In this document: positions 53,492 to 62,132 of the stretch, piece after piece
Layout of the letters: every line of letters starts with the position of its first letter
Numbering within the stretch: position 1 is the first letter of the stretch
IMG/VR virus record: IMGVR_UViG_3300020120_000046
Span: 720-64,719 of that record
DNA: 64,000 bases
Reading direction: 5' to 3' (one strand)
Origin: a virus
Lineage: Duplodnaviria > Caudoviricetes
Translations under genes and position numbers: made by a program
The notes under the pieces: model-generated
Database searches by the model: none
Seen by the model: only the letters and a program-made list of their open reading frames with translations
What the model was told of the DNA's origin: nothing

Positions 53492-54406
53492 ATGCCGGAC
53501 TCTAACGCGAAGGCACCGCGTATGGCGAGGCTGAGCCGCTTTATCGCGACCGCCACGAGCCGCTTTATCTGGCTGCTCGTACTCGCTCCTATCCTGGGGC
53601 TTTCCGCGTACAGCCTATACTGGGTCGGCCGCTATTTCGCGGTACCGCCGCTTATCGCGGCAACGATCTCTACCTGCTTTGACGGGGCTGCGCTTAAGTC
53701 GGCCGACTATTCGCTGAAGTACGCGCAGAAGGGCCTAAGCGGTACGCTGCCACGGACCTTTACGCGCATCCTTGCGGTCACCTCAGCTTTCCTCCAGACG
53801 TTTCACGCCCGGCTCGCGGGCGAGCCTCCGGGAGCCTGGATCCTGTGGGCGAGCCTCCCGATCATTGCTACAATCCTCTATGAGATCCATTTGCGTCTGG
53901 AGCGCTACCGGGCTCTGGCCCGGACCGGCAACATTTACCCGGCTCCGCTCCCGCAGTGGGGCCTGGCGTCCTGGTGCCTGTTCCCGTTCCGGACGCTCAA
54001 TGACTTCCGGGAGATCGTCCAGGCCCGGAGTAACGCGCTTAAGCAGGGCGGCCTCACGGTCATTGCGGACTTCACGACGGAGGTTTCCCGGCTCCGGCAT
54101 ACCCGTGAGCGGATTGACGCGCTACCGCGTCCGCAGGCCCCGGAGCGCGAGCAGGAGGCTGATGTAGCGGCTCCGGAGGTTATGGAACAGCACCGCGAGC
54201 GGAGGCGGGAGAGCAAGCCTCCGGCGCGCGAGCGCAAGGCTCCGGCCCGTGGCTCCTGGGCTGAGCGGCATAGCCCGGAGATCCGTATGCGGGAATGGGC
54301 CCTACAGCAGTCGGCCTTCCGCGCTCGCGTGGGCCAGCGTGGCCGGCTCCCGGCCGACATCAAGGAAGCCTATTACGTGGCGTTCCCGGAGGAGAGGCCG
54401 GCATAA
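53492..54406 (+). CDS. DUF2637/SpdA-like multi-TM protein fused to an Lsr2-type DNA-binding domain
   Basis: 4 N-terminal TM segments (LSAYSLYWV, STCFDGAAL); C-terminal IRMREWALQQ...VGQRGRLPADIKEAY. Confidence 0.75.
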   Translation: MPDSNAKAPRMARLSRFIATATSRFIWLLVLAPILGLSAYSLYWVGRYFAVPPLIAATISTCFDGAALKSADYSLKYAQKGLSGTLPRTFTRILAVTSAFLQTFHARLAGEPPGAWILWASLPIIATILYEIHLRLERYRALARTGNIYPAPLPQWGLASWCLFPFRTLNDFREIVQARSNALKQGGLTVIADFTTEVSRLRHTRERIDALPRPQAPEREQEADVAAPEVMEQHRERRRESKPPARERKAPARGSWAERHSPEIRMREWALQQSAFRARVGQRGRLPADIKEAYYVAFPEERPA

Positions 54407-56082
54407 TGATTGGCGAGCTGCTCCGCGCGACCCACGCTCCGGCCTGGGTGGTCTTTGCGGTCGTGTTCGGGCTCTATATCGGTACGGTCGGCTGGTGGCT
54501 CATTAACGGGTATACCCGCGAGCTATTCGGCAGCCCGCTCCCGCATATGGGCCGGATCCATCACGTTGTCTTCAACTTCCATACCGGGCTCCCGGTTAGC
54601 CGCAAGAGCCACGGCGATGAGCGCAAGCTGAAGAAGGCCGCATCCAATTCGCGGGTAGCGACTCCAGACGGCCTTATGGTCTATTTCCATCCGTGGCCGC
54701 GCTGGGCTAGGGCTCTCCGGAATAACCTCATCATTATGACCTGGCTCCTCGCGTCCTGCGGAATGGCCCTTAATCCATCCGCAACGGTCCGGACGATGAC
54801 GCTGCTCTTCCTCGCGCTGATCGTCCTCTGGGTGTGGCGCTTTGTCGCGAGGAAGCGCGCCAAGTTCCTCCAGTCGCATCCCGTCTCGCGTCCGGCCGCA
54901 ACCCGGAGCGCCAAGGCCAAGATCATCCTCAGGAGCGATGACACGACCGTAGGCGAGACGGCGAAGCTTGAGGACGAGACGAGGCCGCAGCTAGAGGGAG
55001 TCCCACAGACGGTCCTCGCTAACCTCCTCGCGCCAAAGATGGGGTGCTCGACGGATGAGCTACTGCGCCGCCTGACGATGACGGCCGACCGGGGAGAGAT
55101 CCGGCTACCGGATTCTTACTCAGCCGTCAAGCGGACCCGCGAGGAAGTAGAGGAGGTCATTGAGGCCCATACGCGCGGCAAGGTCCGGTTCGAGTGGAAG
55201 ACCACTGACACTCCCCGGACGCTCGCCTGGCTTCCTGTGGTTGTGCCGAAGCTCCCGACTACGGTATCAATCCTGGAGTACCTGGACCAGATAGAGAAGC
55301 TAGGCCCGCGCCAGACCGGCCTTGGAGTCCGGGCCGACCGGACAATGTATGTCCAGAGTCACCAGGGCGACCTCCCGTGGTGGTGTGACTTTATGGGCTC
55401 CGGCTGCGGGAAGTCCACCAAGCATCTCGTCAAGGCCGCGCAGATAGCGCACAAGGACCCGCTAGCCCGGATCCACTGCTTTGATACCAAGCAGGTTAGC
55501 TTTGAGGCTCTCCACGGGATTCCGGGGATCTACATCTATGACAACTCCGTCACCGGAATGGAAGAGATCTGGGGCGGGCTCTACTCGCTCGCGAAGCTAG
55601 TTGAGTCCCGGTACACGGCTGTGCGGGAAAAGCGGGCGAGGCTCGCGGACTTCCACGACGAATGGGTTCTTGTCGATGAGGGGAACCATCTAGGCGGCAA
55701 GCTCAAGAACTACTGGGCCAAGACCCTGGGTGAGACCTCCGCGAGCCCGGCCATATGGGCCGACGCCATCGCCCCCATTCTCCAGACCGGCCGACAGGCG
55801 AACGTAATTGGCGAGTGGATGTTCCAGGACCTAACCGACCGGGCGATGGGAGGCCAGTCCCTCAAGTTCGCCTTTAGCGCGTTCTGTGCGGCTGGGTTCC
55901 TCCCGAACCAGTTTGCCCGGACGATTGGGACTCCGGCTGAGGAGTGTATAGAGGGACCGGGTAAGATACTAGTGTGTCAAGGCAATAAGCGGGTCTGGAC
56001 CCAGGGCTTCCACGGTGACGAGCAATGGCTTCACGACTACGCGCTAGAGAACAGGAAGGGCAGGAGTTATGAGGCAGCGTAA
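54406..56082 (+). CDS. FtsK/SpoIIIE (TraB-like) membrane ATPase
   Basis: N-terminal TMs; MGSGCGKST Walker A, FDTKQVS, VLVDEGNH Walker B, QTGRQANV; TAATG-coupled to the upstream gene. Confidence 0.8.
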   Translation: MIGELLRATHAPAWVVFAVVFGLYIGTVGWWLINGYTRELFGSPLPHMGRIHHVVFNFHTGLPVSRKSHGDERKLKKAASNSRVATPDGLMVYFHPWPRWARALRNNLIIMTWLLASCGMALNPSATVRTMTLLFLALIVLWVWRFVARKRAKFLQSHPVSRPAATRSAKAKIILRSDDTTVGETAKLEDETRPQLEGVPQTVLANLLAPKMGCSTDELLRRLTMTADRGEIRLPDSYSAVKRTREEVEEVIEAHTRGKVRFEWKTTDTPRTLAWLPVVVPKLPTTVSILEYLDQIEKLGPRQTGLGVRADRTMYVQSHQGDLPWWCDFMGSGCGKSTKHLVKAAQIAHKDPLARIHCFDTKQVSFEALHGIPGIYIYDNSVTGMEEIWGGLYSLAKLVESRYTAVREKRARLADFHDEWVLVDEGNHLGGKLKNYWAKTLGETSASPAIWADAIAPILQTGRQANVIGEWMFQDLTDRAMGGQSLKFAFSAFCAAGFLPNQFARTIGTPAEECIEGPGKILVCQGNKRVWTQGFHGDEQWLHDYALENRKGRSYEAA

Positions 56083-56497
56083 GGAAAGGGACACGTGGAC
56101 CAAGCGCTACGGCGACTGGTGCCGGAGGCAGGGCCGGACGGCCCAGTGCTCTCCGGCCCTGGGGGTCCTCGGGATGATCGTCGTATTCGCGGGAGTGATC
56201 TACGTTTACCGTCAGATCATCCTGACGACGATCATGACCGCCGTCCTCGCCGCGCTGGGCGTGGCGCTCATGGTCGGAGCCGTCGCGCTCACGGTCAACA
56301 CGATCCGCTGGTACCGGAAGCGCGAGCGCGCCATGGCCCTGGACCCGTCCGCGTCTGCGGCCCTGGACTACCTCCCGGACCGGGACCTGGACCGGGAGAC
56401 TCTCAGGCGGGAAGTCGACTGGCTAGCCGATGCAGGTTCGGAACTGGTTTTCGACAGCGACGGCAATCTGCACGCCAAGCACGGAACTGATTCCTGA
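56069..56497 (+). CDS. 2-TM membrane protein (Spd-like?)
   Basis: Two long hydrophobic segments; overlaps the ATPase stop. Confidence 0.65.
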   Translation: MRQRKERDTWTKRYGDWCRRQGRTAQCSPALGVLGMIVVFAGVIYVYRQIILTTIMTAVLAALGVALMVGAVALTVNTIRWYRKRERAMALDPSASAALDYLPDRDLDRETLRREVDWLADAGSELVFDSDGNLHAKHGTDS

Positions 56498-56736
56498 TGA
56501 TCCGGCTGGCTCTCGTCCTTGGGCTCCTGGCCGTACCGGCCGGGCATCAGATCGTGAGCCACCGGGTCCTCGCCAGGACGCTCCGGGCCGTGACACCGCT
56601 CCACGGCCCGGAGCCCGCTCCTACCGCCCACGAGCTAGCCCACCGGGCGCGGAGCCGGAGGCTCCGGCTCCTGGCCGACTCCGGCTGGCTCGCTTACCTC
56701 GCGGGTGTCCTCGTCCTCGCGCTGATCCTGCGCTAG
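56497..56736 (+). CDS. small membrane protein
   Basis: TGATG coupling; hydrophobic termini. Confidence 0.6.
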   Translation: MIRLALVLGLLAVPAGHQIVSHRVLARTLRAVTPLHGPEPAPTAHELAHRARSRRLRLLADSGWLAYLAGVLVLALILR

Positions 56737-56765
56737 CCAGATTTTGTCGAAAACAATTTAGACTT

Positions 56766-56857
56766 CAAAGTTTCTCAAACTTTTTCTGGCAAACCGTTCG
56801 CTCCGGCCCTGGCATCGGGTAGAGTTGCCCTAGGCGAACGAGAGAAGCGAGAAAATG
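56766..56857 (+). promoter_or_regulatory. early promoter cassette
   Basis: CAAAGTTTCTCAAACTTTTTCTGGCAAACCGTTC; GGG-TAGAGT 56820-56825; TAGGCGAACGAGAG leader. Confidence 0.75.
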
Positions 56858-57382
56858 ACTAAGATCACGGTTCTGAAGAGGAACGGCCAGGAAGAGATCC
56901 ACCGGCCCGGATGTAAGGACCTCAAAAACCGGCGAGGCTTCGCGCACGACTCCGATGCGTGGACCCTGGAAGTCGAGACTCTGGAAGACCTCTACCGCGA
57001 GTACTGGGACTGTATCGCCGATGAGCAGCTTGGCGAAGGTCAGTATGACACGCTGGAGCAGGTCTGGTGGGCCTGGCGGAGCGAGTTCAAGCTAATGCCG
57101 TGTGCCGGCCCGGTCCCGGAGATGCCGGAGCCCGGCTCCGTAAAGCCCGCTAAGCCGTCGCGGAGCGAGGCTAAGGCCGACCTAGCGCGCCGGATGATCC
57201 TGGCCGTCTCCGAGGTTCTCAAGAGCGCGGACGGGTCCGAGTGCTTCCGGGCCGGGATGACAGAGGACGAGGCCCGTCAGATAGCGGCGAACTGGATGGC
57301 CCACCTCCCGGCCGGTCGCGACGGCGACAAGCCCTGGTGGCCGGAGAGCCTCCCGGAGCCGACCGCAAAGCGCTGGGGCTGA
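56855..57382 (+). CDS. hypothetical protein, C-domain paralogous to 49526-50191
   Basis: KADLARRMI...NWMAHLPAG...WWPESLPEPT..RW. Confidence 0.75.
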   Translation: MTKITVLKRNGQEEIHRPGCKDLKNRRGFAHDSDAWTLEVETLEDLYREYWDCIADEQLGEGQYDTLEQVWWAWRSEFKLMPCAGPVPEMPEPGSVKPAKPSRSEAKADLARRMILAVSEVLKSADGSECFRAGMTEDEARQIAANWMAHLPAGRDGDKPWWPESLPEPTAKRWG

Positions 57383-57442
57383 GTCCCCGGACGAGGCCCG
57401 GAGCCGTCCGGCTCCGGGCCGGACCTAATGAGAGGATGAACG

Positions 57443-57565
57443 ATGGGCGTCAAGGAACTGGAAGCCGCGCTCGCGGAGCAGGAACGCCGCGACAACGAGG
57501 ACAAGCTAGCGCGCGACGCACGCCACCGCTGGGAGGAGACTCACCCGGACCTCCGCGACGAGTAG
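57443..57565 (+). CDS. small hypothetical protein (40 aa)
   Basis: GAGGA RBS; flanked by hairpins. Confidence 0.45.
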   Translation: MGVKELEAALAEQERRDNEDKLARDARHRWEETHPDLRDE

Positions 57566-57606
57566 ACGGCCGGAGCCCGGAGCCCGGAGCCCTAGGCTCC
57601 GGGCTC

Positions 57607-57698
57607 CAAAGTTTCTCAAAGTTTTTCTGGGAAACCGTTCCGTTCGCGCGGTTCACAGGGTAGGCTTGCCGTAGGCGAGCGAGAGGAACGGGAAGATG
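57607..57698 (+). promoter_or_regulatory. early promoter cassette
   Basis: CAAAGTTTCTCAAAGTTTTTCTGGGAAACCGTTC (2 mismatches vs 56766); GGG-TAGGCT 57661-57666. Confidence 0.75.
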
Positions 57699-57818
57699 AA
57701 GGAAAGCCCGGAAGCGATTGAGCTTTCGCCGGAGGAGCTTGAGGCGGCGCGTGAGCTTGCGGCCGCGATCGGTGCTCCGGTCCTCGTCCTTGAGGTTACC
57801 TCCGTTGAGGTAGTCTAG
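57696..57818 (+). CDS. small acidic protein (40 aa)
   Basis: Directly downstream of a cassette; MKESPEAIELSPEELEAARE... Confidence 0.55.
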   Translation: MKESPEAIELSPEELEAARELAAAIGAPVLVLEVTSVEVV

Positions 57819-57882
57819 TAAGACCGTCCCGCCGCACGGGACGTTAATTGGTGCGCCGGACCCGAACGAACGAGAGGCGAAA

Positions 57883-58134
57883 ATGTCTGACAAGGACCTA
57901 ACCCCCGTAGAGCGCGAGCTATCCGAGACGGCCTTCAAGCTCGCGAACGCGGTAGCGTCGCACGGAGAGCTTGCCGGCTACTGGGCTGAGGAGCTGATCC
58001 CTCCGATGTCTGAGGATGAAGTCCTCTCGTCCGGGCTCTACCCGCGCCTGGGCTCTCCGATCCCGCGCGCCGGATTCACCCTCCACCACGGCGACAAGGC
58101 GTACCGCGTCATCGTCGTGGAGTACGAGGACTAG
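57883..58134 (+). CDS. hypothetical protein
   Basis: CGAACGAACGAGAGGCGAAA-ATG leader. Confidence 0.7.
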   Translation: MSDKDLTPVERELSETAFKLANAVASHGELAGYWAEELIPPMSEDEVLSSGLYPRLGSPIPRAGFTLHHGDKAYRVIVVEYED

Positions 58135-58194
58135 ACGGCCGGGCTGCCTTTGACGCCGCAGCCCGAACGAGGCCGGAGCCCTAGCGGCTCCGGC

Positions 58195-58306
58195 CTCAAA
58201 CTTTTTCCACGAAAGTTCAAGATTCTGGCAACTTTTGTCTTCTTTTGCCTCAAACCTCGGGTACGATTGCCGTAGGCGAACGAACGAGGTAGGCGAGGAC
58301 GAGATG
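58195..58306 (+). promoter_or_regulatory. early promoter cassette
   Basis: CAAACTTTTTCC...CAAGATTCTGGCAAC; CCTCGGG-TACGAT 58262-58267. Confidence 0.7.
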
Positions 58307-58654
58307 GCGGAACGAGCGGGTGGCGATAAGCGCGGGAGCGCTGCGAGCCGTCGCGCCAGGAAGAACTGGCTGCTCGGTGCGGTTGAGGACCGGAACCTGG
58401 GATGGGCTCCGTTCGGCGGTAACGGGACTACGGTCCCCTGCGTTTTCTGCCGCGAGCCGCTGACCTTCGCGACCGTTGAGGCTGACCGGATCGTTCCGGG
58501 CGGGTCCTACCGGCGTGAGAACGTTCAGCCGGCCTGCCGGAGCTGTAACCTCGCGAGGTCCGATGACGGCGACCTCTCGATTGACGAGATCGCGGAGCGA
58601 GTGCTCCTGACCGTCGCGCGGACCGGCCGTAAGGTCCCGGCTCTAGCCGTCTGA
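58304..58654 (+). CDS. HNH-like endonuclease (DR-for-DH variant)
   Basis: CVFC, EADRIVPGGSYRRENVQPACRSCN. Confidence 0.75.
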   Translation: MAERAGGDKRGSAASRRARKNWLLGAVEDRNLGWAPFGGNGTTVPCVFCREPLTFATVEADRIVPGGSYRRENVQPACRSCNLARSDDGDLSIDEIAERVLLTVARTGRKVPALAV

Positions 58655-58742
58655 AACTTATCAAACTTTTTCTGGCAAACCGGAAGGTTCCGGCCTCCGG
58701 TGGCGTTATACTTGACGTAGGCGAACGAGCGAACGAGAGATG
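58654..58742 (+). promoter_or_regulatory. early promoter cassette
   Basis: AAACTTATCAAACTTTTTCTGGCAAACC; TATACT 58707-58712; TAGGCGAACGAGCGAACGAG. Confidence 0.75.
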
Positions 58743-59267
58743 ACGATGACTGAGATGACCGTAGGCGAGGCGCGAGCCCGGAAGTATGCGGCCCTAGCGG
58801 AGCGCTACCGGCTGACTGCTGAGGTCAAGGTTGAAGAGAAGCCAGCGGAGTACTGGGACAATGGTGACCTGATGTACCCGGCCTCCGTTATCGCCTCCGT
58901 CTCGATTCGCGAGGACTGCCTGTTTGGCGACTACTTGACGTACGCCTGGCGCTCCGTCCTCCCGTCTCAGGACCGGAAGGCGACTACTCGCGGGCTCCCT
59001 GGGATCAAGATCAGGGGAGCGGCCGTGAAGCGTAAGAGCGTCGTCAAGTTCGGGAATGAGGCTGACTTCCGCCGCGCGCTCTCGTCCTATGAGTACCGCG
59101 AGGACTCCCCGTACAACGTCCTCCGTCGCGTCAGGTACCGTCAGGAGCACGGTCAGGACCTTGAAGGCTTCCGGCCGGAGGAACTGGCCGTGGTTGAGCA
59201 GCTCGTTGAGTCCGGGAAGATCGTCCGCGACGGCGACGGCTACCGGGTCACGGTCAAGCTCTACTGA
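58740..59267 (+). CDS. hypothetical protein
   Basis: 175 aa ORF downstream of a cassette. Confidence 0.7.
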   Translation: MTMTEMTVGEARARKYAALAERYRLTAEVKVEEKPAEYWDNGDLMYPASVIASVSIREDCLFGDYLTYAWRSVLPSQDRKATTRGLPGIKIRGAAVKRKSVVKFGNEADFRRALSSYEYREDSPYNVLRRVRYRQEHGQDLEGFRPEELAVVEQLVESGKIVRDGDGYRVTVKLY

Positions 59268-59360
59268 AAATTTTCCAGGAAAGTTTGGCCTAGATGCTCG
59301 TTTTAGGTCAAACCTCGGGTAGACTTGCCCTGTAGGCGAACGAGAGGCGAGGACGAGATG
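59267..59360 (+). promoter_or_regulatory. early promoter cassette
   Basis: AAAATTTTCCAGGAAAGTTT; CCTCGGG-TAGACT 59320-59325. Confidence 0.7.
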
Positions 59361-59825
59361 AGCGAGCTGACCGACTGGGCGACGGAGCCGTGCGAGAAGC
59401 ACTGGATGACCTCCTGCGCCGACTGCCTGAAGCAGAGCGGGATGCGGCGCGAGGAGTCCGGTACCCTCCGTTACGAGAATGACTGCGGAGTCGATACCTT
59501 CGCGGAGATCACCGGAGTCGATTACGACTTTGCGGCTGAGGTCCTCCGCGAGGCCGGAGCGAAGCTAGGGAACGGGACGCGGGTTAGCGTCCTCGCGGAA
59601 GCGTTCGCGAGCGTCGGCCTAAATGCGGTCCACCGTCCGGGCCTCCGGCTAGAGGACGCGGAGGCCGCGAGCGCGGACGGCTCGCGCGACTTCTACGTCT
59701 GCGGATTCACCCGGACCAAGACCCCCAGGGGTCACGCCTGGACGATCCAGAACGGGAAGCCCGCGCGAGACTACTTCCGGTATAACCGGATCATTTACCG
59801 GATCTACGAGGTTACGGCCGGGTAG
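59358..59825 (+). CDS. hypothetical protein with possible papain/C39-like Cys-His dyad
   Basis: NDCGVDTFAEITG..Y..A...L and GHAWTIQNG. Confidence 0.6.
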   Translation: MSELTDWATEPCEKHWMTSCADCLKQSGMRREESGTLRYENDCGVDTFAEITGVDYDFAAEVLREAGAKLGNGTRVSVLAEAFASVGLNAVHRPGLRLEDAEAASADGSRDFYVCGFTRTKTPRGHAWTIQNGKPARDYFRYNRIIYRIYEVTAG

Positions 59826-59895
59826 CGCACGGCGCAACAGACCGGGTATAATTGAGATGCGGCCGGACGAGGCCGCGAGGCGAGAGGCGAGGAAA

Positions 59896-60882
59896 ATGGA
59901 ACTCAGTAAGGCTCTGGAGCGGGTCCGTCAGCTGATCGAGAAGGCGGAAGCCCCAATCGCGGAAGGCGCGACTCCGAAAGAGGCCGAGGCAACCCGGATT
60001 GAGCAAGCGAGCGCGCGGAAGATGGCCGACAAGATCATGGCCGACTACGCGATCCAGGAATGGCAGGCGCTCAAGTCCGGAGGCGCGACTAGCGCCAAGA
60101 CGGACCGTATCAAGATCGACATCGGAGACGGAGGCGACCCGTTCCTGGAGCGGATGGCGGCTCTCGTTAACGTCGTGGCGCTCCACTGCCGCTGCGTCTC
60201 GATCTGGATGAAGGGCTCCGGGATCAAGGACTACCGGAAGGAATACTGCTGGGTCTACGGGTTCCAGTCGGACCTCCGCTATTTCGAGCTTCTGTACACG
60301 ACGCTCCACCTTCATATGGCCGGCGCGCTCCTGCCGTCGCCGGACCCGGCTCTGACGATGAACGAGAATGCTTACACCTTCCGCCAGGCCGGTCTAAACT
60401 GGATTGAGATCGCCGTGGCGTGGGGCTGGTACGAGGTCCCGCGCGAGGAAGGCGAGGCCCGGAACATGTACCGCAACCGCGAGACGGGCGAGCGGGTTTC
60501 CTGGGCCCGTTCGGTCGGCCGGATCAAGAAGGCCGCACTCGCGGAGTACGCGAAGCGCGGCGAGACTCCCCCACGGATTCCTCCGTCGGCTGCGCTCAAC
60601 TTCCGCTACAACGAGATCAACGGCTACATCGCCAAGATCGGCCAGCGGCTCCGCGAGGCCCGGAGCGAAGTTGGATCGGGTGCGGAGATTGTGCTCCGGG
60701 ACCGGAGCCAGAACGTCGCTGCGGCCGTCGCGGAGGACTTCCCCAACCTGAGTTCCGCCAAGGCCGACACCGTCCGGTTTAACCCGGAGGCGTACGCTCG
60801 CGGAACCCGGCACGCCGCGACGGCGAGCCTCAACCCGGAGGCCACGGCCGGGAGCGGGAGCGCTCCGGCCCTAGGCGCGTAG
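59896..60882 (+). CDS. DUF2786-domain protein
   Basis: LERVRQLIEKAE...E...A..MA.K.M..Y.I; GFQSDL...ELLYT.L; promoter GGG-TATAAT at 59847. Confidence 0.75.
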   Translation: MELSKALERVRQLIEKAEAPIAEGATPKEAEATRIEQASARKMADKIMADYAIQEWQALKSGGATSAKTDRIKIDIGDGGDPFLERMAALVNVVALHCRCVSIWMKGSGIKDYRKEYCWVYGFQSDLRYFELLYTTLHLHMAGALLPSPDPALTMNENAYTFRQAGLNWIEIAVAWGWYEVPREEGEARNMYRNRETGERVSWARSVGRIKKAALAEYAKRGETPPRIPPSAALNFRYNEINGYIAKIGQRLREARSEVGSGAEIVLRDRSQNVAAAVAEDFPNLSSAKADTVRFNPEAYARGTRHAATASLNPEATAGSGSAPALGA

Positions 60883-60935
60883 GATCGTAGGCGGCCGGGC
60901 TTCCCACGCCGGAGCCCGGCCGCCACGGAAGGCGA

Positions 60936-61130
60936 ATGATGAAGCGCAATCTGGTAATAACCTGGCTCGTCCTGACGGCCGGAGTCGGCCTGTTCCTTGT
61001 GATCGGCTGGTTCGTCCTACCGACCGGCCTGCCGTTCTGGCGGATGGCGAAGGGCCTTACCTGCGACATAGCATTGATGAGCCCGGCCATCCGCTACCTC
61101 CGGAACAACCCCAGGAAGGCAATCCGATGA
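60936..61130 (+). CDS. small membrane protein
   Basis: Hydrophobic N-terminal half. Confidence 0.55.
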   Translation: MMKRNLVITWLVLTAGVGLFLVIGWFVLPTGLPFWRMAKGLTCDIALMSPAIRYLRNNPRKAIR

Positions 61131-61357
61131 ATGACGAATTCGATAACCGGAGAGCGGACCTTGAGAAGCTCCGGAACTCAATCCCGGAACTGGAGCGGGA
61201 ACACGAGCGGATCAACTCCGAGCGAGCCCGGCTCGCAACGGACCAGCCGGAGGGATGGCGGACCCAGTACCGTGTTCTCCAGAGCGAGATTGAGGAGGTA
61301 TCCCGGAAGCTATCCGTCGCTTATCAGGAACGAGAGCTACACGACCACGGCTGGTAA
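61127..61357 (+). CDS. coiled-coil protein
   Basis: ATGA overlap; heptad pattern. Confidence 0.6.
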   Translation: MNDEFDNRRADLEKLRNSIPELEREHERINSERARLATDQPEGWRTQYRVLQSEIEEVSRKLSVAYQERELHDHGW

Positions 61358-61374
61358 GGCCGGGAAGGAATGTC

Positions 61375-61839
61375 ATGAGTCAGATGGAATACGGGCGCGA
61401 GGCCGACGAGGTGATCAACCTCGCCTTTGAGACCGGCTTCAACAGCGAGCTGCGGCGTCAGCGGGTCGCCAACTTCCTCCGGGAGCTAGTGGCCGCGAGC
61501 CACGCCGGGTGTACCGGCTACGGAGTATCACTAACGAGCCCGGAGAGCGATCCTCCGGCCTCCGGGCTCCTGGCCCGCCCCGGACTCCCCTCCGTCGCGG
61601 ACTGGGCCCGTATCAAGCGTACGATCCCGGAGCGCGAGCCGATCAAGGAGCAGCTGGACGAGGACTGGCCGGAGGCCAGGGAGCCGCGCCACTGGGGAGT
61701 CCGGAGACGCTGGTCTCAGCCGCCCCTGGACCCGTGGCCCGATGGCGGGATCGTGATCGACCCGGCCGACCCTGGATCTACCTCCAGGCCAGACGTCACC
61801 TCCGGGGAGCCGGAGGCCGAGGAAGGGAAGGAATCATGA
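61375..61839 (+). CDS. hypothetical protein
   Basis: GGAAGGA RBS. Confidence 0.55.
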   Translation: MSQMEYGREADEVINLAFETGFNSELRRQRVANFLRELVAASHAGCTGYGVSLTSPESDPPASGLLARPGLPSVADWARIKRTIPEREPIKEQLDEDWPEAREPRHWGVRRRWSQPPLDPWPDGGIVIDPADPGSTSRPDVTSGEPEAEEGKES

Positions 61840-62021
61840 ACAGGAGGGACCGGCTCATCAGGATGGCCCTGGCGAGCCCGCGTGACCGGGCGAGGCTCGC
61901 GGAGGAAGGCCAGCGAGACGAGACGGAGCAGGCCAATGCGGTCCGGGCTCACCAGGCCTCCGTCCGCGCGGAGCGGACCGGCCGGAGCCCGGTCCGGAGG
62001 CGGTGGGGAAGCCCGCCATAA
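61836..62021 (+). CDS. small basic protein
   Basis: ATGA overlap. Confidence 0.45.
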   Translation: MNRRDRLIRMALASPRDRARLAEEGQRDETEQANAVRAHQASVRAERTGRSPVRRRWGSPP

Positions 62022-62132
62022 AATTTCCCAAGATTCTGCGGCCGGAGGTTCCTGCAGCCTCCGGCCGTAGGGTATAGTTGCTCTTGTAGGCCGGGCGAGT
62101 GCCCCGGCCGGGAGAGTAAGGGCAAGGAAATG
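62020..62132 (+). promoter_or_regulatory. early promoter cassette
   Basis: AAAATTTCCCAAGATTCTG; GGCCGGAGG/CCTCCGGCC hairpin; GGG-TATAGT 62073-62078. Confidence 0.7.

Noticed and set aside
56766-58680. ~34-bp repeats as a CRISPR array
   Set aside because: Copies are hundreds of bases apart, separated by whole genes, and each precedes a -10 box; they are promoter elements.
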